The notes beneath the pieces are model-generated. The model searched no databases. It was not told the origin of the DNA and saw nothing but the letters and a program-made list of their open reading frames with translations. A stretch of 38,065 nucleotides of DNA from a virus (lineage: Duplodnaviria; Caudoviricetes), in the IMG/VR virus record IMGVR_UViG_3300048835_001034, positions 1-38,065 of that record. The stretch is one strand, 5' to 3'. This document shows, piece by piece, positions 23,119-33,088 of the stretch. The translations under genes were made by a program, and so were the position numbers. Numbering within the stretch: the stretch's first letter is position 1; the number at the start of each line of letters is the position of its first letter.

Positions 23119-25599
23119 ATGACCGCCTTCAACGTCGCCATGCTGCTCACGGCCGACAGCACCCAGGCGCGGCGCGAGCTGAAGGGTGCCGAGGCGGAAG
23201 TGCAGAAGTTCGGTGCGGCCGCGCGCCAGGCGGGCAACACCGCCGCGGCCGGCTTCGACAAGGCCGGGGCGGAGATCCTCCAGTTCCGCCGCGCCTCGAC
23301 CGGCGCCACCTCGAACCTCGTGGCGCAGTTCAACGACGTGGGCCAGATGCTGGCGGCCGGCCAGTCGCCGCTGCTCCTCGCCGCCCAGCAGGGCACCCAG
23401 ATCAGCCAGGTGCTGGGCCCCCTCGGCGCCGCGGGCGCGGTCCGGGCGCTCGGGTCTGCCTTTCTCGGCATGCTGTCGCCGGTCAACCTCGCGGTCTTCG
23501 GCGCGGTGGCGGCGCTCGGCCTCCTCGGCACCGCGCTGCGCGGCCTGCTCGGCGAGACGCAGTCGGTCGAGGACGCGATCGGCGAGCTTGAGGCGGCGGC
23601 GAGGTCATGGCGCGACGCGGCAAAGGTCGGCAGCGACGACCTTCTCCGCGAGTTCGGGCGGATCACGCCGGAGATCGTGGCGCTGCAGCGCGAGATGACC
23701 AACCTGGCGTTGACCAATCAGCTCCTGAAAGCGGCCGAGGCGGCGGCAGTGCTGGGCGGCGAGTTCGATCGTATCGACGACTGGCGCAGCCGGTCCGGCG
23801 ATATCGCGAAGTTCCTCGACGTCGAGCCGGCGCTGTCCGGCCGGCGCAATGCCGCGAGATCGGTCTACGAGAACCCCCTGATCGGCAACTTCGACCGCCA
23901 GTTCGAGACGCTCGCCACCTCGCCCGACCTCGACGCACAGATCGAGGCGCTGCGCACGATCCGGGGGATCATCACCGAAAATGTCGATCTGAATGCGGCC
24001 GGAAACGAGCGCCAACGCGAGTTCCTCGCCTCGGTACAGGCGCTGGAGCGGGAGCTTCTGGCCGTGAAGGCCGCGCAGGACGGCATCGGCTCGGCCCAGC
24101 AGGTCTCCGAAGAAAAGCTCCGGAGCATGATCGCCGGGCTCGAGGACGAGCGCCGCATCAAGGACCTCATCCGCCAGCACGGCGAGGACAGCCTCCAGGT
24201 CGAGGCCGCCCGCGTCGAGGTCGAGCGGCAGGCGGTCCAGGAGATGCTGGCGGCGAGTGATGCATCCGGTGAGCTGAAGCGCCAGTTCCTCGCTGCCTGG
24301 GAAGCCGCCAATGGTGTTCAGGCCGCCAGCGGCGATTTCCTTTCGACCCTGCTCGACGTCGCCGGGGCGGGCGAGGACACCAGGCGCGCGATCGAGGATG
24401 CCTGGGCGGCGATCACAGGTGCCGCCGGCGAGACCAACGTCTGGGCCGGAGCCATGTCCGGGGTCGCGGCCGAGGTGCGCGGCATCTGGGCGGCGCTGGG
24501 GTCGGTCGTCAAGACCGGCATCGCCAATGCGTCCAGGCAGATCGAGATCGAGGCGCTGCGCTCGGGCCAGTCGGTCGCCGAGGCCCGCCGCACCGTCATG
24601 GAGGCGGAAATCCGGCGCGAGGGCGAGGCCCGGCTCGCCAGCGCCCGCAGCACTGCCGAAGCGACCACCGTCTGGGTCGAGACCGAGACGCGGATCAGAG
24701 GTGTCGAGCTCGACCGCCAGATCGAGGCGGAGCGCCGGGCGGCGGCCGAGCGCGACCGTGCCGCGACGCGGGGTGCCTCGGGCCGGTCGGGGTCGCGCGC
24801 GGCAGAGGTATCCCACGGCCAGCGGCTGATCGCCACGCTCGAGCGCGAGCAGGAGCTCTTGCGCGAGACCGACCCGGTGCAGAAGGAGATCATCCGCAAC
24901 CGCGAGGCGCTCGCCCAGTTGATGGGCGCGGAGCGCGCGCGCGCCGAGGAGCTGATCGGCGTCAATGTCCGGCTGCGCGAACAGCAGGCGGCGGAGAAGC
25001 AGGGCTGGGACGACACGAAGCAGGCCGCCTTCGATGCGCTCGACGGGTTGATCCGGAGGGGAGAGAGCGCGGCCGAGGTGATGGCGAACCTCGCCGACTG
25101 GATCGCCGAAGCATTCCTGCAATCGGCGCTGCTCGGCACCGGGCCGCTCGCCGGCCTCTTCGGCGGCCAGGGCACCGGGCTTCTCGACATGCTCGGCAAG
25201 GGCCTCGGCATTCCCGGCGTGGCGACCGGCGGGCTGATCACCGGGCCTGGCGGGCCGACCTCGGACAGCATCCTCGCCCGGCTCTCGAACGGCGAGTTCG
25301 TGGTCAACGCCGCAGCCACCGCGCGCCACCGCCCGCTTCTGGAGGCGATCAACACGGCGCCGCGCTTTGCCACCGGGGGCATAGTGGGCGGCGGGGCCAA
25401 TTCCCCCTTCGCGCCCGGCGGCGGGGCGCCGGCGGCCGTCGTCGAGCTGAGGCTGTCGGACGATCTCGACGCCCGCATCGCCGAGACCTCGCAGGCGGTT
25501 TCGGTCCGCGTCACCCGCGCCGGCATCCAGGAATACGACCGCAAGGCCATGCCGAAGAAGATGCGCGCGGTCCAGGCCGACCCGAGGAGGGTGGGATGA
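23119..25599 (+). CDS. Tape measure protein (826 aa)
   Basis: NLVAQFNDVGQMLAAGQSPLLLAAQQGTQISQV (lambda-type TMP); long helical body; ATGGLITGPGGPTSDSILARLSNGEFVVNA. Confidence 0.93.
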   Translation: MTAFNVAMLLTADSTQARRELKGAEAEVQKFGAAARQAGNTAAAGFDKAGAEILQFRRASTGATSNLVAQFNDVGQMLAAGQSPLLLAAQQGTQISQVLGPLGAAGAVRALGSAFLGMLSPVNLAVFGAVAALGLLGTALRGLLGETQSVEDAIGELEAAARSWRDAAKVGSDDLLREFGRITPEIVALQREMTNLALTNQLLKAAEAAAVLGGEFDRIDDWRSRSGDIAKFLDVEPALSGRRNAARSVYENPLIGNFDRQFETLATSPDLDAQIEALRTIRGIITENVDLNAAGNERQREFLASVQALERELLAVKAAQDGIGSAQQVSEEKLRSMIAGLEDERRIKDLIRQHGEDSLQVEAARVEVERQAVQEMLAASDASGELKRQFLAAWEAANGVQAASGDFLSTLLDVAGAGEDTRRAIEDAWAAITGAAGETNVWAGAMSGVAAEVRGIWAALGSVVKTGIANASRQIEIEALRSGQSVAEARRTVMEAEIRREGEARLASARSTAEATTVWVETETRIRGVELDRQIEAERRAAAERDRAATRGASGRSGSRAAEVSHGQRLIATLEREQELLRETDPVQKEIIRNREALAQLMGAERARAEELIGVNVRLREQQAAEKQGWDDTKQAAFDALDGLIRRGESAAEVMANLADWIAEAFLQSALLGTGPLAGLFGGQGTGLLDMLGKGLGIPGVATGGLITGPGGPTSDSILARLSNGEFVVNAAATARHRPLLEAINTAPRFATGGIVGGGANSPFAPGGGAPAAVVELRLSDDLDARIAETSQAVSVRVTRAGIQEYDRKAMPKKMRAVQADPRRVG

Positions 25600-26249
25600 C
25601 GCTGTCCTTCCCGCTGTCGCTGGCCAATTTCTGGGACCAGCTCCTCATCTCGACGGTGGCGATGGACTGTGCGCCGCAGCTGGAAAGCTCTGGCACCGGC
25701 GCCGGCCAGCGGCTGACCCGCGAAGTGGCGCCGGCGCTCTGGCACGGGTCCGTGACGCTTGGCAACCTCACCCCCGCCGAGGCGGCGGATCAGATGGCGC
25801 TCGTCGATCTCGCGCGCCAGTCGGGCGCCACGTTCCTCGTCTGCGACCGCACGCGGCCATACCCGTCTCTCGACCCTGACGGCGCGGTCGTCGGCATCGC
25901 CACGGTGACGGTGCAGGCGATCGGGGCGACCCGGCGCGATCTGAGGCTCACCGGCCTGCCGCCGAACTACCAGATCCGCCGCGGCGACCTGGTGGGTGTC
26001 ACCTGGGGCGCCTCGCCGCTGCGCTACGGGCTCCACCGCATCGTCGTGGCCGCGAGCGCGGATGCGACCGGCCTCACCGGTTGGTGCGAGGTCGCCCCGG
26101 CGCTGCCATCCGCCCTGGCCGCCGGCGCCGCCGCGAGCCTCGCGAGGCCGGTCTTCATGGCAATGATGGACGGCCCGGTCCGGCGCGGCACGCTCCGCCG
26201 CGGGATCGTCGAGGGCATCTCCTTCGATTTCATCCAGACGTTGAGGTGA
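25596..26249 (+). CDS. Distal tail protein (putative)
   Basis: First gene after TMP, 217 aa, ATGA overlap. Confidence 0.7.
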   Translation: MTLSFPLSLANFWDQLLISTVAMDCAPQLESSGTGAGQRLTREVAPALWHGSVTLGNLTPAEAADQMALVDLARQSGATFLVCDRTRPYPSLDPDGAVVGIATVTVQAIGATRRDLRLTGLPPNYQIRRGDLVGVTWGASPLRYGLHRIVVAASADATGLTGWCEVAPALPSALAAGAAASLARPVFMAMMDGPVRRGTLRRGIVEGISFDFIQTLR

Positions 26250-26252
26250 GAG

Positions 26253-26849
26253 ATGCGCAATCTTCCCGCCGCCGTCGCCTCCCACCTCTCCACCCGGCCC
26301 GACGCCGTCCGCGTCCACACGCTGGTGTGGATCACCGGGAAGAGCCGGACCACCGGCCTGCCGGAGAGCCTCGGGCTCTGGAACGGGTTCGACCACCAGC
26401 AGTTCGACATCGGGGGCCTGCGCGACTACTACGGCGCCGGCACCATCCTCGGGCTCGACCGCATCACCTATGGCTCCGGGCTCGACGTGCGGATGCACAC
26501 GATCACGCTCGCCGCAATCTCGCCCGAGGTCGAACAGGCGGTGCGCGGCTACGACGCGCGGCTCGCCCCGGTCGAGGTCCACGGGCTCCTGATCGACCCG
26601 GTTTTGAACACCATCGTCGGCGCCCCCTGGCTCGCGCTTCGCGGCTGGGTCGACGAGGTCGATATCCGCACCCCGGCGGTGGACGGCGAGGGCGGCATCG
26701 ACCTCCGCATCGCTTCGGCCGCGCGCGCGCTGACCCGGACGCTGAGCCTGAAGCGCGGTGACGCGAGCCAGCAGCGCCGCGGCGGCGACCGGTTTCGCCG
26801 CTTCTCCGAGATTTCCGGCACCGCCACCGTCGCCTGGGGGGAAGGATGA
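26253..26849 (+). CDS. Tail tip/hub protein (putative)
   Basis: GLWNG...YYGAGTILG...GWVD...SQQRRGGDRFRRF...VAWG, typical of siphovirus tip genes. Confidence 0.7.
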   Translation: MRNLPAAVASHLSTRPDAVRVHTLVWITGKSRTTGLPESLGLWNGFDHQQFDIGGLRDYYGAGTILGLDRITYGSGLDVRMHTITLAAISPEVEQAVRGYDARLAPVEVHGLLIDPVLNTIVGAPWLALRGWVDEVDIRTPAVDGEGGIDLRIASAARALTRTLSLKRGDASQQRRGGDRFRRFSEISGTATVAWGEG

Positions 26850-27274
26850 TCGTCCGGCGGCACGACTGGTATTCCCGGCTGTCGGACGCAATCGAAGGCG
26901 CCCTTCAACGGCCCTTTGAATGGGGCGTGCACGACTGCGCGCTCTTCGCCGCAGACGCGGTCCTGGCGATGACCGGCGTGGACCTGGCCGACGGTTTCCG
27001 CGGGCACTACCGCAGCGCCGGCGGCGCGATGCGCATCCTCGGCCGCGGCGGCTGTGACGATGTGACCGAGTATGCCGCGACGCTCCTGCCGGAGATCGCG
27101 CCGGCGCTTGCCGCTGCGGGCGACATCGCGGCCGTCCTGACAAAGGCCGGCCCCGCGCTCGGCGTCCTCACCGGCCCGCTGGTGGCGGTCCCCGGGGCCG
27201 GCGGCCTCGGCTTCGTTTCCCGCGGTGAGGCGATCCGCGCCTTCCACGTGCCCTTTGCCGGGGAGGGTGCCTGA
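26846..27274 (+). CDS. NlpC/P60-like tail assembly protein (DUF6950-like)
   Basis: PFEWGVHDCALFAADAVLAMTGVD...RGHYRS...GDIA. Confidence 0.8.
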   Translation: MIVRRHDWYSRLSDAIEGALQRPFEWGVHDCALFAADAVLAMTGVDLADGFRGHYRSAGGAMRILGRGGCDDVTEYAATLLPEIAPALAAAGDIAAVLTKAGPALGVLTGPLVAVPGAGGLGFVSRGEAIRAFHVPFAGEGA

Positions 27275-30200
27275 TGGCCGCCCTTGGCAATGCCATCTAC
27301 CTCTTCTTCGTCAACATGGGCGTCGGCACGGCGGCGGCGAGCTGGCTGACCGCCTTCGCGGGCCGGATCGCCCTGTCGCTCGGCCTCTCGACGCTGTCGC
27401 GGGCGCTTGCGAAGACGCCGGAGGGGCGCCAGCCCGGCATCACCAACGAGGTGACCCAGACCGGCGGCACCGATCCCGAGGCCTTCATCCTCGGCCTCTA
27501 TGCCACCGGCGGCCAGCTGGTGGCGCCGCCGATGACCCACGGGCAGGCCGGCAAGACGCCGAACGCCTATCTGACCTATGTCGTGGCGCTGAGCGACCTG
27601 CCCGGCGTCGCACTGTCGCGGCTCTTCATCGACGGCGACATCGCCACCGTGGGCGGGACCGCGCATCCCGACTACGGCACCCCGGTCACGCTGAAGGGAA
27701 AGGCCGACCGGGCCTGGATACGCGTCTACGACGGCACCCAGACGGTGGCCGACCCGATGCTGATCGCCAAATACGGCAGCCATCCCCAGCGGCCGTGGCA
27801 GGCGGACATGGTCGGCACCGGCACCGCCTATGCGATCCTGACCTTCCGCATCGACCGCGAGATCTTCAAGGGCTTTCCCACCGTCCGTTTCGAGCTCGAC
27901 GGCATCCGGCTCTATGACCCCCGCAAGGACCCGGCGATGGGAGGCACCGGCAGCCAGTCGTGGTCGGACCCGGCGACCTGGACGCGGAGCTTCAACCCGG
28001 CGGTGATGATCTACAACATCCTGCGCGGCATCGCCGTGCCGGGCGGCGACACCTGGGGCGGAGGGTGGACGGCCGCCGACCTGCCGACGGCCGAGTGGTT
28101 CGCCGCAATGAACGCCTGCGACGCGCCGGTGACGCTGGCCGCCGGCGGCACCGAGCCGCGCTACCGCGCCGGCTTCGAGGTCGCCGTGGACCGCGAGCCG
28201 GCCGAGGTGATCGAGGAGCTTCTGAAGACCTGCGCCGGCCGGATGGCGGACGTCGGCGGCACGATGAAGATCGCCGTCGGCGCGCCGGGCGTTGCCGTGA
28301 AGGCGATCACCGACGACGACATCATCGTCACCGACGAGCAGAGCGCCTCCCTCTTCCCCTCGCTCGCGCAGACCCACAACGGGGTGCATGCGACCTTCCC
28401 GGACCCGGCGAGCCTGTGGGAAAGCCGCGACGCGCCGGCCCGTTACGACGCCGCGGCCGAAGCCGAGGACGGCCGGCGGCTCGTCGCCACCGTGTCGCTG
28501 CCGGCCTGCCCCTGGCAGCGCCAGGTGCAGCGTCTGATGGTGGCCTGGATCAAGGAGGAGCGCCGCTTCCGCCGCCACCAGATGGTGCTGCCGCCCGACG
28601 CCGCGATCCTCGAGCCGCACGACGTGATCAGCTGGACGAGCGTCAGGAACGGCTATTCCGCCAAGTTCTTCGAGGTGGCCGAGATCGCCCACGATCCGGT
28701 GAGCCTCCTGCAGTTCGTGAGCCTGCGCGAGGTCGATCCCGCGGACTACGACTGGAATTCGACGCTCGAAATCCCCTGGGTGGCGCCGGTGCCGGGAACG
28801 GACCTGCCGCCCGCCCAGACCGTGCCCGGCTTTGCCGTGGTCGGCACCGCGCTCGACGATGCGGCGGCGGTCGCCCGGCGCCCGGCCTTGCAGCTGACGT
28901 GGGACGGCACCGGGCTCGATGGCGTGACCGCGATCCTCTACGAAATCCGACGGCTGGGCGGCGCCCAGGTCGTCCGCGGCACCACCATGAATGTCACCTC
29001 CGGGAGCCAGATCGTCGCCGCCGGCATCCTGCCCTCCACCATCTACGAGGTCCGCGCGATCCCGGTTGCGCCGCGCCCGGTGCTGTGGACGGCCTGGCTG
29101 CCCGCCACCACGCCCGCGGCCTACATCACGCTGAACGATTTCTCGGACTTCACCGGGCTCTTCACCGCCGCCGGCCTCACCGTGCCGAAGCTCGTCTCGT
29201 CGCTGCCCGCATCGGGCGCCTTTGTCGGCGAGCTGGTCTACCTGACCACCGACAACAAGCTCTACCGCTGGACCGGCACGGCGTGGACGGCGGCGGTCCC
29301 GACCACGGACCTGACCGGGCTTGTGGCGCAGGGCCAGCTCACCATCGCCGACACCTCGAACCTGATCGAAGACCCCGGGCTGGAACTGAACGGCCTCGGC
29401 TGGGGCGCTTCCGGCGGCTGGGGCAGTTTCGTCGTCACCGCCACCGATGCCTATACAGGAAACAAGGGCCTTGCCCGCGCCTATAGCGGAGCGACGGTCA
29501 CCGAGGGTCTTCGCAACAACACGGTGTTCGACGCACGGGCCGGTGACAGCTTCCGGGTGTCGGTATGGGTCAAGCGGTCCGCCACCGGTGTCTGCACGAA
29601 CATGGGCATCCGCATCAGGTGGCTCGACAAGGACGGGGCGCAAATCACGGTTTCCGCCGCCACGATGGTGCAGGCGAGCCTGACCACCAGCTATCAGCGC
29701 GTCACCGGGGTTCTGGTCGCCCCCGCCGGGTCAGTCACCGCGCATGTCGTTGCCCTCGTCAACGGGCATTCGGCGGGGACGCTCTATTGGGACGATTTCT
29801 ACTGCTACCGGATGAACGCCGGCGAGCTTGTCGTCGACGGCACGATCTCCGGCAACCACATCGCCGCGAACACGATCACCGGCGGGTTGATCGCGGCGAC
29901 AGGGATCATCACCCAGGTCGCACAGATCGGCGATGCGATCATCACCGGGGCCAAGATCGCCAATGCCACGATCCAGGGCGCGAAGATCGCCAACCTCTCG
30001 GTCGATACGATCAACGTCGCCAACTCGGCCATTTCAGCCGTCGACAGCGCCTACACGGCCGGCAGCGTGGATGTAAGCGCCGGTGGCGCGCCGAACATCC
30101 TGACGGTCCAGTCCCTGGTGGTGAACAAGGGCCGATCGGCCGCGATGGTGTTTCACGGCATCGTGTCGCTGTGGGTTCCGAGCGGCGAAAGCGACCTGAC

Positions 30201-30414
30201 CGCATCTGTCCATTTGCAGGTGGGCGGCGCCACCGTCGCGACGCTAGGCGTGGGCCTTCTCGCAGGCGGGACGGTCGACGTGTCGCTTTCCGGCGTCGAC
30301 AACACCGGCACGACGGGCAACCGCACCTTGACACTCGTCGTCATCTCGCAGGGGACAACGCCATATCTGGTCGCCTCCAATCGTGGCCTCTTTGCCCTCA
30401 ACCTCCTGAAATGA
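27274..30414 (+). CDS. Central tail tip/host-specificity protein (1046 aa)
   Basis: GIRLYDPRKD, NPAVMIYNILRG, AAMNACD; NLIEDPGLE carbohydrate-binding-like module; IAANTIT/GAKIAN repeats. Confidence 0.88.
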   Translation: MAALGNAIYLFFVNMGVGTAAASWLTAFAGRIALSLGLSTLSRALAKTPEGRQPGITNEVTQTGGTDPEAFILGLYATGGQLVAPPMTHGQAGKTPNAYLTYVVALSDLPGVALSRLFIDGDIATVGGTAHPDYGTPVTLKGKADRAWIRVYDGTQTVADPMLIAKYGSHPQRPWQADMVGTGTAYAILTFRIDREIFKGFPTVRFELDGIRLYDPRKDPAMGGTGSQSWSDPATWTRSFNPAVMIYNILRGIAVPGGDTWGGGWTAADLPTAEWFAAMNACDAPVTLAAGGTEPRYRAGFEVAVDREPAEVIEELLKTCAGRMADVGGTMKIAVGAPGVAVKAITDDDIIVTDEQSASLFPSLAQTHNGVHATFPDPASLWESRDAPARYDAAAEAEDGRRLVATVSLPACPWQRQVQRLMVAWIKEERRFRRHQMVLPPDAAILEPHDVISWTSVRNGYSAKFFEVAEIAHDPVSLLQFVSLREVDPADYDWNSTLEIPWVAPVPGTDLPPAQTVPGFAVVGTALDDAAAVARRPALQLTWDGTGLDGVTAILYEIRRLGGAQVVRGTTMNVTSGSQIVAAGILPSTIYEVRAIPVAPRPVLWTAWLPATTPAAYITLNDFSDFTGLFTAAGLTVPKLVSSLPASGAFVGELVYLTTDNKLYRWTGTAWTAAVPTTDLTGLVAQGQLTIADTSNLIEDPGLELNGLGWGASGGWGSFVVTATDAYTGNKGLARAYSGATVTEGLRNNTVFDARAGDSFRVSVWVKRSATGVCTNMGIRIRWLDKDGAQITVSAATMVQASLTTSYQRVTGVLVAPAGSVTAHVVALVNGHSAGTLYWDDFYCYRMNAGELVVDGTISGNHIAANTITGGLIAATGIITQVAQIGDAIITGAKIANATIQGAKIANLSVDTINVANSAISAVDSAYTAGSVDVSAGGAPNILTVQSLVVNKGRSAAMVFHGIVSLWVPSGESDLTASVHLQVGGATVATLGVGLLAGGTVDVSLSGVDNTGTTGNRTLTLVVISQGTTPYLVASNRGLFALNLLK

Positions 30415-30415
30415 C

Positions 30416-30829
30416 ATGAGCAGCGATCCGCAGACCTACTTCGCAGTCTACATGGCCGCCACGGGCAAGATCGTCCGATCCGGCTCCTGCCGGCAAAGCA
30501 TGGTCGCCGCACAGGCCATCCACGCTGGCGAGGCAGCCGTGGCCGTTGGCCAGATGGTGGCAGACACGACCGATTGGGTGAATGCCGGCTTCGTCGAGCA
30601 GCGCCCCGGTCTCGCCGACGTGCCGGCGGCGAAGGCGCTCGCCATCGACGAGGACTGGGTGATTGCCGGGGTTACCGACGGCACCGAGGTCTGGATTGAC
30701 GGCGCGCTCGCCGGCACCACGGATGCGACCGGGCTGACGCTCTCGTTCCCGCTTGCCGCGGTCTGGCAGGTCCGTCTCCTGCCGTCCTTCCCGTGGAAAC
30801 CCGCCGACTGCGAGGTGGCCGTGACATGA
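30416..30829 (+). CDS. Tail-associated hypothetical protein
   Basis: FAVYMAATGKIVRSGSC; follows tip gene; coupled to next gene. Confidence 0.7.
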   Translation: MSSDPQTYFAVYMAATGKIVRSGSCRQSMVAAQAIHAGEAAVAVGQMVADTTDWVNAGFVEQRPGLADVPAAKALAIDEDWVIAGVTDGTEVWIDGALAGTTDATGLTLSFPLAAVWQVRLLPSFPWKPADCEVAVT

Positions 30830-31251
30830 GGATCGTCGCCGACGCCCCCGCGAAGCAGGCAGCGCTCGATGCGGCCCTCGCCGCCGCCCGCCGCGCCGCG
30901 ATCGGCCGCGTCAATGGGGCTGCCGGGGAGCTGCGCTGCACCTTCATCACCTCGATCCCGGGACAGGAGATGATCTACCTCGCCAAGGAAAACGAAGCGC
31001 GCCTCTACATCGCCGACCCGGCGCCAGACATGGCCGACTACCCCCTTCTCTCGGCCGAGATCGGCCCCGGGCTCACCGCCCCGGACGCCGGCCAGCTCGC
31101 CCAGCTCTGGCTCAACATGGGCCACCAGTGGCGGCAGGTCGCCGCCCAGATCGAGACCGCCCGCCTCGGCGCCGTCTACGCCGTCGAGATGGCGCCGGAC
31201 GAGGCCACCATCGCCGCCATCGAGGCGGCCTATCAGGGAGCCCTGCCATGA
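30826..31251 (+). CDS. Tail fibre assembly-like protein
   Basis: VNGAAGELRCTFITSIPGQEMIYLAKENEAR...YPLLSAE...IETARL; ATGA overlaps. Confidence 0.7.
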   Translation: MRIVADAPAKQAALDAALAAARRAAIGRVNGAAGELRCTFITSIPGQEMIYLAKENEARLYIADPAPDMADYPLLSAEIGPGLTAPDAGQLAQLWLNMGHQWRQVAAQIETARLGAVYAVEMAPDEATIAAIEAAYQGALP

Positions 31252-31613
31252 CGCGCTTCATTCGCTGGCTCGGCCGGCTCTGGCGCACGCCGTCGGATTT
31301 CGAGGGCTCTCCGCTCGAATACGCGCTCAACCAGATCGGCCACGGCTACCTGATCGGGGGAGTGCCGGCGCTGATCTGGGGCCCGGCGGCGCTCCTGCCG
31401 CTGGTCCTCGTCTACCTGGCCGTTGTGGAGCTGCCCCAGCTCGTCTTCTGGCGCGGCCGCGTCGCCGACGGGCTCGAGGATGCGGCCCATGTCGCCACCG
31501 TTGCGGTCGCCGTCGCCTATGGGGCGTGGCCGGCGCTGGCCGCCCACGCCCTTTTCGTCGCGGCCGGAACGGTCGCCCGCATGAATGTCGGAGAAACAGA
31601 TGGTAACGCTTGA
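31248..31613 (+). CDS. Small membrane protein (121 aa)
   Basis: Several hydrophobic segments; NQIGH...ELPQ...DGLED motif; ATGA overlap. Confidence 0.7.
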   Translation: MTRFIRWLGRLWRTPSDFEGSPLEYALNQIGHGYLIGGVPALIWGPAALLPLVLVYLAVVELPQLVFWRGRVADGLEDAAHVATVAVAVAYGAWPALAAHALFVAAGTVARMNVGETDGNA

Positions 31614-31926
31614 GTTCAAGGCCGGGGACCTCGTCAGCTACGACCTGCAGTGGACGGAGGTCGTGAATGGAAGTCAGGCCCCCAAGGACCTGACCGGCAA
31701 CACGCTGACGGCTCAGGCGAAGCTCGGCTCCTTCACCGGCCCGATCACCGTGACGCCGATTGACCTTTCTGTCGGCAAGTTCCGGCTTTCGGTGCTGCCT
31801 GCAGCGTCGGCGCTGTGGCCAGCCGGGGCCACTGTGCCGTTCGACATCAAGAGAACCTGGGGTGCCAACACCGCGAAGCGATCGGTGACCGGTTACTTCA
31901 GGGTTATTCAGGGGATTACCCCATGA
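31585..31926 (+). CDS. Beta-rich tail/baseplate anchor-like protein (start may be 31600)
   Basis: FKAGD...PKDLTGNTLTAQAK...GKFRLS...FDIK...GYFRVIQGIT, resembling BppU N-terminal-type domains. Confidence 0.65.
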   Translation: MSEKQMVTLEFKAGDLVSYDLQWTEVVNGSQAPKDLTGNTLTAQAKLGSFTGPITVTPIDLSVGKFRLSVLPAASALWPAGATVPFDIKRTWGANTAKRSVTGYFRVIQGITP

Positions 31927-32105
31927 TTGCGGTCTGGGACGCTGTCACGGTCGGCCCCGTCGCCCTGCCCGTCGATGACGGCGGCGAGATCGTCATCACG
32001 GCCACCGGCAGCGTTGCCGCGCCGCCCCTCGCTTGGCTGCTTTCGGGCGGCCTCTGGAACGACGCGGCTGCATGGGAAGACGCGGCCCTTTGGGAGGATA
32101 GCTGA
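31923..32105 (+). CDS. Small protein with Trp-Asp repeats (60 aa)
   Basis: ATGA overlap; C-terminus WLLSGGLWNDAAAWEDAALWED; TGATG coupling to the fibre gene. Confidence 0.65.
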   Translation: MIAVWDAVTVGPVALPVDDGGEIVITATGSVAAPPLAWLLSGGLWNDAAAWEDAALWEDS

Positions 32106-33088
32106 TGACGACGATCACCAACGGCGAGAGCGGCGCAAGCGTCCGGAGCAAGCTGAACGCGGCTCTGGCGAAGACGGACCTCTTGTCGGGCACGGTGGCG
32201 CGCAACCTCGACACGCTCGCCGACCAGGCGCATGTGGCGGCCGCAATCGCCGCCCTTGTCGCTTCCTCTCCCGCCGCGCTCGATACGCTGAACGAACTGG
32301 CGGCGGCGCTGGGAAGCGATCCGAACTTCGCGGCGACGATGACGGCCGCCCTCGCGGGCAAGGCCCCGCTCGCATCGCCGGCGCTCACCGGCAACCCCAC
32401 CGCGCCGACGCAGGCGCCGGGGAACAACACCACCCGCCTTGCCACCACCGCATTTGTCGCGGCCGCTGTCGCTGCCGGCTCCAAGCCGGCCACGGTCGGC
32501 TCCGGTGCTCCCGCCACGGCCCCGGCCGTCGTCGGTCTTCTCTACGTCGATGACAGCAACTACAACCTCTACTACTCGAAGGGCGTCGCCACGGTCTCGG
32601 ACTGGGTGCTGGTGATCGACAACGACGCGGGTGCGACGTTGTCGCCCAAGGCGACGCCGGTCCTCGCCGACGAGGTCATGATCTTCGACAGCGCGAATGG
32701 CGCGGCGGCCGTCGTCGCGACCTGGACCCAGATCGTCGCGGCGCTGAAGCTCGTGGTGCTGGATGCGAACGGGCGACTGGTCAACCCGAAGTCGACCTAT
32801 ACCTCCTTCGACGGCGGCACCGTCTCGACCGGCACCTACACGCCGACCTCGGTCGACGGCAACGTCCAGCACTACGCCAACAACGGCGCGCACACGCTGG
32901 CGCCGCCCGCGAACCCCGGTACCTTCCTGATCGAAATCGTCAACGGCGCCTCGGCGGGCGCGATCACGACCTCGGGCTTCACCAAGGTCTCCGGCGACGC
33001 TTTCACGACGACAAACGGGCACAAGTTCCAGTGCTCGATCACCCGGACCAACTCGACCTCGCACCTCAACATCAAGGCGATGCAGTAA
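32105..33088 (+). CDS. Tail fibre protein (327 aa)
   Basis: LVASSPAALDTLNELAAALGSDPNFAATM...KAPLASPALTGNPTAPT...LATTAFV, a conserved fibre shaft motif. Confidence 0.88.
   Translation: MTTITNGESGASVRSKLNAALAKTDLLSGTVARNLDTLADQAHVAAAIAALVASSPAALDTLNELAAALGSDPNFAATMTAALAGKAPLASPALTGNPTAPTQAPGNNTTRLATTAFVAAAVAAGSKPATVGSGAPATAPAVVGLLYVDDSNYNLYYSKGVATVSDWVLVIDNDAGATLSPKATPVLADEVMIFDSANGAAAVVATWTQIVAALKLVVLDANGRLVNPKSTYTSFDGGTVSTGTYTPTSVDGNVQHYANNGAHTLAPPANPGTFLIEIVNGASAGAITTSGFTKVSGDAFTTTNGHKFQCSITRTNSTSHLNIKAMQ

Noticed and set aside
32100-32112. Second CTGATGA hammerhead-like core
   Set aside because: It is a TGATG stop/start overlap with no flanking stems or matching GAAA.
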